From positions 51,810-115,809 of the forward strand of contig JALSQW010000012.1 of assembly GCA_026985095.1 (NCBI GenBank): 64,000 nucleotides of DNA. Direction: 5' to 3'. This document shows positions 1 through 10,065 of the stretch, piece after piece. Both the position numbers and the translations under genes were made by a program. Under the pieces are notes generated by a model that did no database searches, was not told where the DNA came from, and worked only from the letters and a program-made list of their open reading frames with translations. The DNA comes from Acidimicrobiia bacterium. Its GTDB lineage: Bacteria; Actinomycetota; Acidimicrobiia; Spongiisociales; UBA5794. Position 1 is the stretch's first letter, and each line of letters begins with the position of its first letter.

Positions 1-1199
1 TCGAGTCGGAGCTCCATGTTGCCCGTGCCCTTGAACTCCTCGAAGATCACCTCGTCCATCCGCGAGCCGGTCTCGACCAACGCGGTTCCGAGGATCGTGA
101 GACTGCCGCCTTCCTCGATGTTGCGGGCGGCCCCGAAGAAGCGCTTGGGCGGGTACAGGGCGGTCGAGTCGACGCCACCCGACAGGATCCGACCCGACGC
201 CGGCGTCGCCAGGTTGTGGGCGCGAGCCAACCGGGTGATCGAGTCGAGCAGGATGACCACGTCGGTGCCCATCTCGACGAGGCGCTTGGCCCGCTCGATG
301 GCCAGCTCCGACACCTGGGTGTGTTCCTCGGCGGGACGATCGAAGGTCGAGTAGATGACCTCGCCGCGGACCGACCGCTGCATGTCGGTGACCTCTTCGG
401 GTCGTTCGTCGACGAGGACGACCATCAGGTAGACCTCGGGATTGTTCGTCGTGATCGAGTTGGCGAGCTCCTTGAGCACGGTCGTCTTGCCGGCCTTGGG
501 CGGTGAGACGATGAGGCCACGCTGTCCCTTCCCGATGGGAGCGATCAGGTCCACGATCCGGGCGATCATCGCGTCGGGCTTGTCCTCCATCTCGAGGCGA
601 AGGCGCACGTCGGGGAACAGTGGCGTCAGGTCGGAGAACCGGGGACGATCCTTGGCCTGCTCGGGATCCATCCCATTGACGGTGACGGCACGCACGAGCG
701 CGGGGAACTTCTCTTGTGCCCGGGCCGGACGGACCGGTCCCTCGACGACGTCGCCCTTGCGGAGCCTCGCTTTCCGGATGACGTTCGCGGCGACGTAGGC
801 GTCCTTGTCCCCCGGCAGGTACCCGCTGGTCCTGATGAAGCCGTATCCCTCCGGCAGGATGTCGAGGATCCCCTTGCGGACCTCGAGCTCGGATTCGTCG
901 ATGGGCTCCTGGCTGCGGTTCCGGTTTCGGTTACGCCGGCTCCGGCGTCGGCCTTGACCCTGGCCCTGGCTGTCGTCGCGACGGGGACGGCCACCGTCGC
1001 CGTTGGTGTCGACGGACTCCGCCTTCGGCGCCTCGGTGGGCGCTTCGGGGACCATGGAGGCCTCGAACTTGTCGGATTCGAGGATCGCGGCGATCAGCTT
1101 CGACTTCTGAAGCCCTTCCGGATCGACGTCGACGTTGCCCGCCATCTCGCGGAGGGCGTCGAGGCCCAGTTCCTGCAGCCTGGCTCTGGTGGTACTCAT
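1..1199 (-). CDS. rho: Transcription termination factor Rho (N-terminus in window; C-terminal end runs off at position 1)
   Basis: My own reverse-strand translation; the ORF is absent from the track because it has no stop in the window. Start is the complement of cat at 1197-1199, giving [21 protein letters not shown] (Rho_N-like). This is followed by an R/N/G/Q-rich insert, then [28 protein letters not shown] (RNA-binding domain). The Walker A region reads [36 protein letters not shown]. Confidence 0.95.
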   Translation of the reverse strand, partial: MSTTRARLQELGLDALREMAGNVDVDPEGLQKSKLIAAILESDKFEASMVPEAPTEAPKAESVDTNGDGGRPRRDDSQGQGQGRRRSRRNRNRNRSQEPIDESELEVRKGILDILPEGYGFIRTSGYLPGDKDAYVAANVIRKARLRKGDVVEGPVRPARAQEKFPALVRAVTVNGMDPEQAKDRPRFSDLTPLFPDVRLRLEMEDKPDAMIARIVDLIAPIGKGQRGLIVSPPKAGKTTVLKELANSITTNNPEVYLMVVLVDERPEEVTDMQRSVRGEVIYSTFDRPAEEHTQVSELAIERAKRLVEMGTDVVILLDSITRLARAHNLATPASGRILSGGVDSTALYPPKRFFGAARNIEEGGSLTILGTALVETGSRMDEVIFEEFKGTGNMELRL

Positions 1200-1412
1200 C
1201 TCGGCTTTCGACCCTTTCCAGGTGGAGCCTGTGGACGGGCCTGGACGGCCCCTTCGAACGTGGCGACGACGGGAGGGAACGCCTCTCGGACGCCGGGATC
1301 CTCCGACCCGGGGCACGGGGACGTGCCGCAGCGGGAGGAGGGGATGACCAGAGTGTACATCGGTCGGTCCCCTAATCAAGTGAAGCCCTTCGCGACCGCC
1401 ACGGGCGGGCCT

Positions 1413-2432
1413 TCACCAGCCGAGGAGCTCCACCACCGCGTCGAGCCGAGGAGGCACCGGTTCGGGCAGGCTCGCCGACCCGGCGGCCGTCTCGGGATCC
1501 TTCAGTCCATGGCCGGTGAGCGTACAGACGACGGGACCGCCGGGAAGCTCGTCGGCGTACTTCATGACGCCGGCCACCGAGGCGGCGGACGCCGGCTCGC
1601 AGAAGACCCCCTCTCGGGTGGCGAGGAACCGGTAGGCGGCGAGGATCTCGTCGTCGGTGACCGCTTCGATCCGCCCACCGGACTCGTCGCGGGCAGCGAC
1701 TGCCCCGTCCCAGCTCGCCGGGTTGCCGATCCGGATGGCGGTGGCGATCGTCTCTGGGTGTTCGACGATCTCGCCGGATACCAGCGGCGCCGCGCCGGCG
1801 GCTTGGAACCCCCACATGCGGGGAGCGGCATCGACGGTTCGGTAGCCACGCCAGTACGCGGTGATGTTCCCGGCGTTGCCGACCGGCAAGGCATGGACGG
1901 CCGGGGCTCCGAGGGTGTCGACGATCTCCCAGGCGGCGGTCTGTTGACCGGCGATCCGATACGGGTTGATCGAGTTGACCAGGGTCACGTCGTGGACGGC
2001 CGTGAGCTCGAGTACCAGCCCGAGGGCGTCGTCGAAGTTCCCGTCGACTGGCACGATCGCCGCACCGTGGGCGATGGCCTGAGCCAGCTTGCCGCGAGCG
2101 ATCTTCCCCGCCGGGAGGATCACGATGGCGGAGATCCCCGCCTTGGCCGCGTACGCGGCGGCCGAGGCGGAGGTGTTGCCCGTCGATGCGCAGGCGACGG
2201 CCTTGGCTCCGTCCTCGACCGCCTTGGAGACAGCCAGGGTCATGCCGCGGTCCTTGAACGACCCGGTCGGGTTCGTTCCGTCGAACTTCAGGTAGACGTC
2301 GGTTCCGACCATCTCGGCGACCGCCGGTGCGGGCAGGAGGGGCGTGCCGCCTTCGAGCAGGGTGACCACCGGGGTCTCGGCGGTGACCGGCAGCCGATCC
2401 CGGTACTCCTCGATCACGCCTCTCCAGCTCAT
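1413..2432 (-). CDS. thrC: Threonine synthase
   Basis: ORF track, 339 aa. PLP-lysine region [20 protein letters not shown] start/stop overlap with hom at 2429-2432. Confidence 0.93.
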   Translation of the reverse strand: MSWRGVIEEYRDRLPVTAETPVVTLLEGGTPLLPAPAVAEMVGTDVYLKFDGTNPTGSFKDRGMTLAVSKAVEDGAKAVACASTGNTSASAAAYAAKAGISAIVILPAGKIARGKLAQAIAHGAAIVPVDGNFDDALGLVLELTAVHDVTLVNSINPYRIAGQQTAAWEIVDTLGAPAVHALPVGNAGNITAYWRGYRTVDAAPRMWGFQAAGAAPLVSGEIVEHPETIATAIRIGNPASWDGAVAARDESGGRIEAVTDDEILAAYRFLATREGVFCEPASAASVAGVMKYADELPGGPVVCTLTGHGLKDPETAAGSASLPEPVPPRLDAVVELLGW

Positions 2433-3715
2433 GGTTCGTCGCTCTCGACCCGGATGACCGCCGCCACTCGCTCGACCGACGCGAGCCTGCCGACGGCCTC
2501 GACGGCGGCTCGCTGCGCGGCTTCGACGGCTCGGTGGGTGATGATCAGCAACGTCGCCTCATCTCCTCTGCCCTCCTGCCACACCGACTTGATCGACACC
2601 CCGGCGTCGCCGAAGACGCCGGCGACTCGAGCGAGCACGCCTGGTCGGTCCTCGACCTCGAGCCTGACGTACCACTTGGTCGCCACGGTGGAGAAGTCGA
2701 CGAGGTCACCCGGCGAGAACCGGATGCGCGGCGCGACCTGGGCGTGAGCGAGGTGCTCGCGGGCGGCGTCGATGACGTCCCCGAGGACGGCGGTCGCGGT
2801 CGGTTCGCCGCCGGCGCCCGGCCCGGCGAAGAGGAGCTCGTCGATCGATGGGCCGGTGATGAAGATGGCGTTCGTCGCTCCCCGGATCGATGCGAGGGGA
2901 TGGTCGCTGGGGATCATGGCCGGATGCACCCGTGCCGTGACCCCGGTCTCGAACCGCTCCGCGATGGCGAGCAGCTTGATGACGTAGCCGAACTCCGCCG
3001 CGAAGGCCATGTCGGCGGCAGTGACGTCGACGATGCCCTCACGATGGACGTCGTCGACCCCGACCCAGGTGCCGAACGCCAGGGACGCCAGGATCGCGGC
3101 CTTGGCCGCGGCGTCGTCGCCTTCGACGTCGGCGGTCGGGTCGGCCTCTGCGTAACCGAGAGCCTGCGCTTGCGCGAGCGCCTCCGCGAACCGGGTCCCT
3201 TCCTCGGCCATCCGGGTGAGGATGAAGTTGGTCGTGCCGTTGACGATCCCTTTGACGGATGCGATCTGTTCACCGGCGAGGGTCTCCGAGAGGGGACGGA
3301 TGATGGGGATCCCGCCGCCCACCGCGGCCTCGAACAACAGCGGCACTCCGGAGCGTTCGGCGGCCGCGATCAGCTCCGGTCCGCGGGCGGCGATGAGCTC
3401 CTTGTTGGCGGTGACGACCGGTTTGCCGGCGTCGACGGCGGCCAGAACCAGGTCGCCCGCCGGATCGCGGCCGCCCATCAGTTCCACGACCAGGTCGACG
3501 GCGTCGTCGCGGACGACCGTCCACGGATCGGCGACGATCCGGTCGGGAGGCAACTCGAAGGGCCGCGCCTTGCCAGGCTCGCGCACCGCGATCCGCCGGA
3601 CCTCGAGATCCAGACCGGTCTTGGCCGAGATGGCGTCGCGATCGCCGACGAGGCGACGGATGAGTGTCCCGCCGACGGTGCCCGCCCCGAGGATGCCGAT
3701 CCCGATCGTGTTCAT
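2429..3715 (-). CDS. hom: Homoserine dehydrogenase
   Basis: ORF track, 428 aa. N-terminal Rossmann motif [11 protein letters not shown], a homoserine dehydrogenase catalytic core, and a C-terminal ACT-like tail ([21 protein letters not shown]). Confidence 0.93.
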   Translation of the reverse strand: MNTIGIGILGAGTVGGTLIRRLVGDRDAISAKTGLDLEVRRIAVREPGKARPFELPPDRIVADPWTVVRDDAVDLVVELMGGRDPAGDLVLAAVDAGKPVVTANKELIAARGPELIAAAERSGVPLLFEAAVGGGIPIIRPLSETLAGEQIASVKGIVNGTTNFILTRMAEEGTRFAEALAQAQALGYAEADPTADVEGDDAAAKAAILASLAFGTWVGVDDVHREGIVDVTAADMAFAAEFGYVIKLLAIAERFETGVTARVHPAMIPSDHPLASIRGATNAIFITGPSIDELLFAGPGAGGEPTATAVLGDVIDAAREHLAHAQVAPRIRFSPGDLVDFSTVATKWYVRLEVEDRPGVLARVAGVFGDAGVSIKSVWQEGRGDEATLLIITHRAVEAAQRAAVEAVGRLASVERVAAVIRVESDEP

Positions 3716-3812
3716 GGTGACCGGACCATAGACGGTCCCGCCGGTAGTCTCGGCTCAGGAGGCGCCCGTCCCGTGCCGATGGAACCTCCGACCCCGATCG
3801 AGGATCCAGTCC

Positions 3813-5063
3813 GTGCGAACGCCCGTCACGACCGATGCCGCGACCCCGAGCCGGCACGACCAGCTCCTGGCAACGGTCCGCCGCTGGGTGGTGGCGATCA
3901 GCCTCCTCCTGGTCCCCGGCCTCACCCAACCGTTCGTGGATTCACCGCGGCTGGCCTTCCTGTTCGTCGTCGAGTTCCTGTTGTTGATGATGCTCCCTCT
4001 GTCGCTGAGGGAGCTGCCCACGATCCTCCGCAGCGATCGCCGGCTCCCGGTCCTCACGGCGATGACGCTCTCGGTCGCCATGGTCGTGGCCGTCGTCTTC
4101 CATCCCTCGCCTGCGGGGTTCACCATGACGCTGTTCGCGGCGATGGGGGTCGGTCTGACGACCGCGATCGCCACGATGGACCGCTCCGAGGTGGGGTCGT
4201 TCGTGGCGGTTCCGCTGCTGGTCGCCGCGTCGTTCGAGGCGGGCGTCATGGCCGTCCAGTGGCTCACCGGCCGGCCGTTCGTCCTCGATTGGGTGTTCCC
4301 CGGCGCCGAGATCCCTCCGATCGACGGGTTCCCCCGTCCGCCGGGCACGCTGATGCACGTCTACCAGGCGGCGATCCTCGGGCTCGTCGCTCTCGCCGCC
4401 GTGTTCGCGGCCCGCGGCCGAGGCCCGTCCCGCCTCTGGCTCGTGGGGATCGCCGGCGCGTCGGCGGCGGTCGGCCTGACGAACTCGCGATCGGGCCTGC
4501 TGGCGATCGTGGCGATCGTGGCGACGCTCGCCTTCGGGTTCCTCCGCCGGCGGAGCCCGACCTTCCGGAACGTGGCGGCGGCCGTCGTGGTCGGGTTCCT
4601 GGTGTCCGTGCTCGTCGCCGGGTCGGGGTGGTTGGCGCGACTCGAGGACTCGACGACGACGGACCTCGACGAACTGTCCTTGGGAAGGGTGACGCTGGTC
4701 GAACAGTCGCTGCGGACGATCCGGACGTCGCCGTGGGTCGGCGTCGGCCCGGGTCGCTACGTCGATGTCGGGAAGCAACGCGGGGACATCGACGAGCGCC
4801 GGGCCCTACCGGTGCACGATCTCGGGCTCATGATCGCCGCCGAGCTGGGGATCCCGGCGGCGCTGGCCGTCGTCGGCCTTCTGGCGGCGGTCGGTGTGGC
4901 TGCGTGGCGGCGTGGACCGTGGGCGTTCGCCGCGTTCGTGGCGGTCCTTCCGTTCCTGGTCCTCGACGTGAACCTCTATGACCGTCCCTTCGGGCTGGTC
5001 CTCTTCGCGGCGTGGCTCGGTTCGCTGTCGGTCGCCATCTCGACCAGCCCGCCGTCGCGATGA
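3813..5063 (+). CDS. O-antigen ligase/polymerase-like (Wzy_C family) polytopic membrane protein
   Basis: ORF track, 416 aa, GTG start. Many hydrophobic helices, and the motif region TNSRSGLLAIVAIVATL ... SPWVGVGPGRY ... VHDLGLMIAAELGIPAAL is typical of O-antigen ligase-like proteins. Confidence 0.7.
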   Translation: MRTPVTTDAATPSRHDQLLATVRRWVVAISLLLVPGLTQPFVDSPRLAFLFVVEFLLLMMLPLSLRELPTILRSDRRLPVLTAMTLSVAMVVAVVFHPSPAGFTMTLFAAMGVGLTTAIATMDRSEVGSFVAVPLLVAASFEAGVMAVQWLTGRPFVLDWVFPGAEIPPIDGFPRPPGTLMHVYQAAILGLVALAAVFAARGRGPSRLWLVGIAGASAAVGLTNSRSGLLAIVAIVATLAFGFLRRRSPTFRNVAAAVVVGFLVSVLVAGSGWLARLEDSTTTDLDELSLGRVTLVEQSLRTIRTSPWVGVGPGRYVDVGKQRGDIDERRALPVHDLGLMIAAELGIPAALAVVGLLAAVGVAAWRRGPWAFAAFVAVLPFLVLDVNLYDRPFGLVLFAAWLGSLSVAISTSPPSR

Positions 5064-6067
5064 CGCCCCGATCGTCGTCGACCGTGGAGACCTCGCGGAT
5101 CCCCGAGCCGCCGGGTTGGATCGATCGCGCCCTCCCGACGCTGGTTGCCGTCGTCGTCTTCTCGCTCCCGACCTTGAGCGTTGCGTACACCGAGACGTCG
5201 TTCGGCCGAGCGCTGACCGGTTCGGCGGTGGGCACCGCCCTCCTGCTCACACCCCTGGCGATGGCGCGGGTGCGGCGAGTCGCCACGATGGCGCACCAGG
5301 CGCCACTGTTGGCCCTCGGCGTCATGACCCTCTCGATGACGGTCTCGGTAGCGGTCCATCCGTCCCAACAAGGGATGACGTTGACGGCGGCCGCCTGGAT
5401 CGGCTCGGCGCTCGCCGTGGCGATCGCTTCGTTCGACCGCAGGACCATCGCGTCCCACATGGTGACACCCCTCCTGTCGGCGGCAGCCCTGCAAGGCGTC
5501 TTGATGACGGTGCCATGGTTCACCAAGGAACCAGTGGGACTGCGATGGCTGGCTCCGAGTCGTTCGCTTCAGGAGATCGACGGGTTCCTCCGCCCTCAGG
5601 GGACCGCGACGCATGTCTACGAGCCCACCGTGCTGGCGTTGCTGGCCATCGGAGTGGCGGCCGCGCTCGCCGACGATGGCCGCCACCACCGGCTCTGGCC
5701 GGCAGCGGCCGAGGTGATGGCGACCTCTCCGCAGGTGGGAGTGGGACCCGGCCGCTATCTCGACGTGGCCGCCGACCTCGGCATCGCCGACCCGGAGTTC
5801 CCGATCGCCACCCACGGATTCATCCTGCTGGCGGGGGCGGAGCTGGGTCTCCCCGCTGCCGCCGCGATCGCCGTGCTGCTGGGATGGACGTACGTCACGG
5901 CGTGGCGGACGAACCGGGTGGTGTTCGCCGCGGCGATGGGCGTCCTTCCGTTCCTGGTCGTCGACAAGCTGCTGTACGACCGGATCTTCGGGATCGTGCT
6001 CCTGTCGATCTGGCTCGGAACCACCGCTGCCCTACTCGGGCGACCGGATCCCGACGTCGCGACGTAG
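5060..6067 (+). CDS. Wzy/O-antigen-ligase-like paralogue with an internal deletion (possibly non-functional)
   Basis: Track ORF 5012-6067. I prefer the ATG at 5060, which forms an ATGA overlap with the upstream stop at 5061-5063. It is collinear with the upstream paralogue at both ends (..IDGFxRPxGTxxHVY.., ..VGVGPGRYxDV.., ..AGAELGxPAA..). It lacks about 85 aa that include the TNSRSG helix region. Confidence 0.55.
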   Translation: MTPRSSSTVETSRIPEPPGWIDRALPTLVAVVVFSLPTLSVAYTETSFGRALTGSAVGTALLLTPLAMARVRRVATMAHQAPLLALGVMTLSMTVSVAVHPSQQGMTLTAAAWIGSALAVAIASFDRRTIASHMVTPLLSAAALQGVLMTVPWFTKEPVGLRWLAPSRSLQEIDGFLRPQGTATHVYEPTVLALLAIGVAAALADDGRHHRLWPAAAEVMATSPQVGVGPGRYLDVAADLGIADPEFPIATHGFILLAGAELGLPAAAAIAVLLGWTYVTAWRTNRVVFAAAMGVLPFLVVDKLLYDRIFGIVLLSIWLGTTAALLGRPDPDVAT

Positions 6068-7309
6068 AAGGTCGTCGTAGGTCTCCCGCCGCGACACGAG
6101 TCGCGCCGTCCCGCCGGCGACGAACACCACCGGAGGGCGCCTGATCATGTTGTAGTTGGAGCCCATGGAGTGCCCATAGGCGCCCGTCACCGGCGTCGCC
6201 AGGATGTCACCGACGGCAACGTCGACGGGCAATGCCGCCTCGTCGACGATCACGTCACCCGACTCGCAATGCTTGCCGACGACCCTGACGGTGATGGGCC
6301 GCTCGGCGTCGGTCGCCCGGGGAAGGAACGCCTCGTACCCGCTCCCGTACAGGACCGGACGGGGGTTGTCGCTCATCCCTCCGTCGACGGCCACGTAGGT
6401 GCGGATCCCCGGGACCTCCTTGATGGTGCCGATCCGATAGAGCGTGACCGCTGCGGCCGCCACGATGGAACGGCCCGGCTCGGCGACGATCCGGGCATCG
6501 ATCCCGTGGGTCGCGGTGGAGCGGCGGATCGCGGCCGCCCATTCGGTGATCGACGGCGCCTCCTCTCCGGCCACGTACGGCACGCCCAGGCCGCCGCCGA
6601 TGGAGAACTCGTCGACGCCGCGTGCCAACGGGGCGAGCACCGCGACCGCCTTGGTGAACGACTCGACGTCGAAGACCTGGCTCCCGATGTGGGCGTGGAT
6701 CCCGACCAGCTCCATGACCGAGGAGCGCCGCACACGCTCGATGGCCTCGCCGGCTGCGCCCGACATGAGCGCGAACCCGAACTTCGAGTCGACGACACCC
6801 GTCTGCAGGAAACGATGGGTGTGGGCCTCGACGCCGGGGTTGACCCGGACCAGCACCCTGACGGTCTCGTCGGTCGCGATGCGCTCGATCCGATCCAGCT
6901 CGTCGAACGAATCGACCACGATCCGTCCGACCCCGGCGGCGAGGGCCGTGGCCAGCTCCTCGTCCGATTTGTTGTTCCCGTGGAGGACGAGCCGATCGGC
7001 AGGGACCCCGGCGGACAGCGCCACGTGCAACTCCCCTCCCGTGGCGACGTCGAGGTGCATCCCCTCTTCGTGGACCAGCCGAGCCATCGCCACGGTGAGG
7101 AACGCCTTCGCCGCGTAGGCGACGCCCGGCCCGAACGCAGCGACGGCTTCCCGGCATCGCGAGCGCAGATGCTGTTCGTCGTAGACGAACAGCGGCGTCC
7201 CGAACCGCTCGGCCAGCTCGATCACATCACAGCCCCCGATGGAGAGACGACCACCGGCATCCACCGCCGCGGTCTCGGGGAGCAGATGGCGGGGGATGGC
7301 CGAGGTCAC
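6032..7309 (-). CDS. lysA: Diaminopimelate decarboxylase
   Basis: ORF track, 425 aa. FGTPLFVYDE start of the Orn/DAP/Arg decarboxylase fold, PLP-Lys region AYAAKAF, and CESGD near the C-terminus. Confidence 0.93.
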   Translation of the reverse strand: MTSAIPRHLLPETAAVDAGGRLSIGGCDVIELAERFGTPLFVYDEQHLRSRCREAVAAFGPGVAYAAKAFLTVAMARLVHEEGMHLDVATGGELHVALSAGVPADRLVLHGNNKSDEELATALAAGVGRIVVDSFDELDRIERIATDETVRVLVRVNPGVEAHTHRFLQTGVVDSKFGFALMSGAAGEAIERVRRSSVMELVGIHAHIGSQVFDVESFTKAVAVLAPLARGVDEFSIGGGLGVPYVAGEEAPSITEWAAAIRRSTATHGIDARIVAEPGRSIVAAAAVTLYRIGTIKEVPGIRTYVAVDGGMSDNPRPVLYGSGYEAFLPRATDAERPITVRVVGKHCESGDVIVDEAALPVDVAVGDILATPVTGAYGHSMGSNYNMIRRPPVVFVAGGTARLVSRRETYDDLLRRDVGIRSPE

Positions 7310-9090
7310 ATGCGCTCCGGGATCTCGATCCCGAGGATCTCGAGCACGACCGCCAAGGTCCGCAACGTGATCGCAACGAGCTGCAGCCAGGAGGCCTGAC
7401 GATGTGGATCCTCCTCGCGAAGGATGTGGCAGGCCTCGTAGAACCGGTTGAAGACCGTGGCCAGGTCGTATGCGTACTCGGCGATCTGGTTCGGCGCCCG
7501 CAGGTCCGCTGCTCGCTCGAGGACCTCGGGAAGCTCGAGAAGCGCCAGCATCAGATCGCGTGCTCGAGGGGCGGTGGGAGGGTGCACGACGCCGGGGGCG
7601 AGATCGCGTTCCTCGGCCTTCCGCAGGATCGAGCGCATCCGTACCGCCCCGTACTGGAGGTAGGGCCCGGTCCTGCCTTCGAAGGAGGTGAACCGATCCA
7701 GGTCGAGGATGTAGTTGGACATCCGGTGGTTGGCCAGGTCCCCGAACTTGAGGGCGGCGATGCCGACCTGGCGGGCGATCTGCGCCCGCTCCTCCGGAGG
7801 GTACTCCTGGGCGATGTCGGCATCGGCGAGGCGACGTTCGGCGGCTTCGGTGACGAGCCTGATCAGGTCCTGGAGACGGAGGATCCCGCCTTCTCGGGTC
7901 TTGAAGGGCTTGCCGTCTGGGCCGTTGACCGTCCCGAATGCGACGTGTTCGAGGATCATGGAGGGTGCGACGATCCCCGCCTTGCGGGCCGCCCGGAAGA
8001 CCTGCTCGAGGTGGAGGCTCTGGCGGGCGTCCACCACGTAGAGCACGAGGTCGTATCCCGCTTCGGCCCGCATCTCCAAGGTGGCGAGGTCCGTCGTCGT
8101 GTAGAGGTAGGAGCCGTCCGACCGCGTGAGCAGCAGCGGGGGGATCTCGGTCTTGTCGTCGGGCTCGGCGACATCGATGACGTAGGCCCCGTCGGATTCG
8201 ACGGCGATCCCTTGCTCGACGAGGCGCTGCACCATGGGGGCGAGCCGGTCGCGGACCGTGCTCTCACCGAACCACAGGTCGAAGTCGACGTCGAGCGCCT
8301 CGAAGTCCTTGCGCTGACCGGCGATCGACACGGTGTGGAAGTGGCGCCAGAGAGCGACGTATCCAGGGCGTCCGTTCTGCAGCTCGAAGGTCGCCCGGCG
8401 GGCTCGTTCCGCGATCTCGGGATCCTCGTTGACGAGAGCGACGATCTTCGGGTACATCTCGGACAGATCGTCGAGGGTGACCGGCGGGTCGTCCGGGTAG
8501 GGACCCGTGTGGTCGGGATCGAAGTAGGGGAGGTCGGGTCGCTCGAGCTCGAGGGCGACGATGAGCTGGCCGACCGGCATGCCCCAGTCCCCGATGTGGA
8601 TGTCGCCCACGACGTGATGTCCCATCGACCGGAACAGGCGCTTGAGGCTCTCGCCGATGATGGCCGACCGGAGGTGACCGACGTGAAGCGCCTTGGACAT
8701 GTTCGGTCCGCCGTAGTCGATGAGGATCTCCGTCGGCACGTCGGGCTCGCCGATGCCGAGGCCGAGGCCGAGATCGTCGGCCATCTCCTGGACGCGGCGG
8801 GCGACGACCGCGTCGGTGACGGTGATGTTGATGAACCCGGGACCGGCGATCGACAGATCGGCGAAGCGATCTCCTGCTTCGGCTGCGACCCCGGCCACGA
8901 TCCGTTCGGCCAGGTCTCGTGGGGTCATCTGGGCGACCTTCGCCGCTGCCAGGGCCCCGTTGCACTGGTACTGGGCGAGCTCGGGCCGTTGCGACACCAT
9001 CACCTCGCCATAGGCGGGATCGAGACCGAGACCGGCGAACGCCTCACCGAAGAGGTCCGAGAGCTCTGCACGCAGCGACATGGGGTTCAC
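7306..9090 (-). CDS. argS: Arginine--tRNA ligase
   Basis: ORF track, 594 aa. HIGH-type motif ALHVGHLRS and a C-terminal DALR-type anticodon-binding region. 4-nt overlap with lysA. Confidence 0.93.
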   Translation of the reverse strand: MNPMSLRAELSDLFGEAFAGLGLDPAYGEVMVSQRPELAQYQCNGALAAAKVAQMTPRDLAERIVAGVAAEAGDRFADLSIAGPGFINITVTDAVVARRVQEMADDLGLGLGIGEPDVPTEILIDYGGPNMSKALHVGHLRSAIIGESLKRLFRSMGHHVVGDIHIGDWGMPVGQLIVALELERPDLPYFDPDHTGPYPDDPPVTLDDLSEMYPKIVALVNEDPEIAERARRATFELQNGRPGYVALWRHFHTVSIAGQRKDFEALDVDFDLWFGESTVRDRLAPMVQRLVEQGIAVESDGAYVIDVAEPDDKTEIPPLLLTRSDGSYLYTTTDLATLEMRAEAGYDLVLYVVDARQSLHLEQVFRAARKAGIVAPSMILEHVAFGTVNGPDGKPFKTREGGILRLQDLIRLVTEAAERRLADADIAQEYPPEERAQIARQVGIAALKFGDLANHRMSNYILDLDRFTSFEGRTGPYLQYGAVRMRSILRKAEERDLAPGVVHPPTAPRARDLMLALLELPEVLERAADLRAPNQIAEYAYDLATVFNRFYEACHILREEDPHRQASWLQLVAITLRTLAVVLEILGIEIPERM

Positions 9091-9145
9091 CTGGGTCGAC
9101 GGCCCCGAGGGGTTGGCGAGCCGTGAAGGTTACAATCGTTCGCGC

Positions 9146-9217
9146 GCCCCAGTAGCTCAGGGGATAGAGCACCGGCCTCCGGAGCCGGGAGCGCAGGTTC
9201 GAATCCTGCCTGGGGCA
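9146..9217 (+). tRNA. tRNA-Arg (anticodon CCG)
   Basis: Hand-folded cloverleaf. Acceptor GCCCCAG/CTGGGGC, D arm GCTC-AGGGGATA-GAGC, anticodon arm CCGGC-CTCCGGA-GCCGG (anticodon CCG). Variable loop GAGC, T arm GCAGG-TTCGAAT-CCTGC, discriminator A. CCA is not encoded. Confidence 0.9.
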
Positions 9218-9285
9218 CCCCGGCGCGTCCCGCGCCATCCCGGGAGCGAATGTAGGCTGGCATTTCGCGACCGTTGGGATCCACC

Positions 9286-10065
9286 ATGCGACCGATCTGG
9301 AAGGGCGCCATCTCCTTCGGGCTCGTCACGATCCCGGTCGGCCTGTACGCGGCCACCGAGAACAAGCGTCCCAGGTTCCGTCAGCTCCGCGATTCGGACG
9401 GTTCTCCGATCCGGTACAAGCGAGTCGCCGAGGTCGACGGCACCGAGGTGCCCTATGAGCACATCGTCAAGGGCTACGAGATCGAGAAGGGCACCTACGT
9501 CGTGTTCACCCCCGAGGAGGTGCAGTCGGTGATGAACCAGGTGACCGGCGGCACGGTCGATGTGGTGCAGTTCGTCCCGACCGAGGACATCGATCCGATC
9601 TACTACCGGTCCGCCTACTACCTGGCCCCCGAGAAGATGGGCGTCAAGGCGTACAAGATCTTCCTCGCGGCGCTCGAGGACAAGAACATGGTCGGTATCG
9701 CCAAGGCCGCGATCCGCGAACGGGAGTACCTGTCGGCCCTCCGCGCCGAGGACGACGTGATCGTCCTGGAGACGATGTGGTGGCCCGACGAGATCCGCGA
9801 ACCGGAGTTCGAGACCCTCCACGAGGAGGTGGAGATCCGGGACGAGGAACTGCAGATGGCCGAGATGATCATCGACAACCTCGCCGGCCACTTCGACCCT
9901 TCGGCCTGGCACGACGAGACCCGGGAGGCGATCGAGGCTGCGGCCCGCAAGAAGCTGGAGGGCCATGAGATCGTCACTCCCGAGGCGACGCGTCCCGCCG
10001 GCGTGGTCGATCTGATGGAGGCGTTGAAGGCCAGCGTCGAGGCCACCAAGGCGAAGGCGGGCTGA
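9286..10065 (+). CDS. ku: Ku protein (non-homologous end joining DNA-end binding)
   Basis: Track ORF 9274-10065. The canonical Ku N-terminus MRPIWKGAISFGLVTIPVGLY begins at the ATG at 9286. Confidence 0.9.
   Translation: MRPIWKGAISFGLVTIPVGLYAATENKRPRFRQLRDSDGSPIRYKRVAEVDGTEVPYEHIVKGYEIEKGTYVVFTPEEVQSVMNQVTGGTVDVVQFVPTEDIDPIYYRSAYYLAPEKMGVKAYKIFLAALEDKNMVGIAKAAIREREYLSALRAEDDVIVLETMWWPDEIREPEFETLHEEVEIRDEELQMAEMIIDNLAGHFDPSAWHDETREAIEAAARKKLEGHEIVTPEATRPAGVVDLMEALKASVEATKAKAG

Noticed and set aside
714-2747. Very long alternative-frame or antisense ORFs in the track. Examples: 714-2747(+), 2534-4981(+), 7402-9126(+), 13853-16690(+), 19002-22166(-), 23155-25992(-), 25557-27341(+), 32519-34393(-), 54375-56681(+), 56600-58474(-), and the upstream parts of 37495-39909(-) and 47996-51901(-).
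   Set aside because: Their translations are Arg/Gly/Pro/Asp-rich low-complexity strings with no recognisable motifs. They lie opposite or out of frame to genes with clear family signatures. Such open frames are expected in DNA this GC-rich because stop codons are AT-rich.
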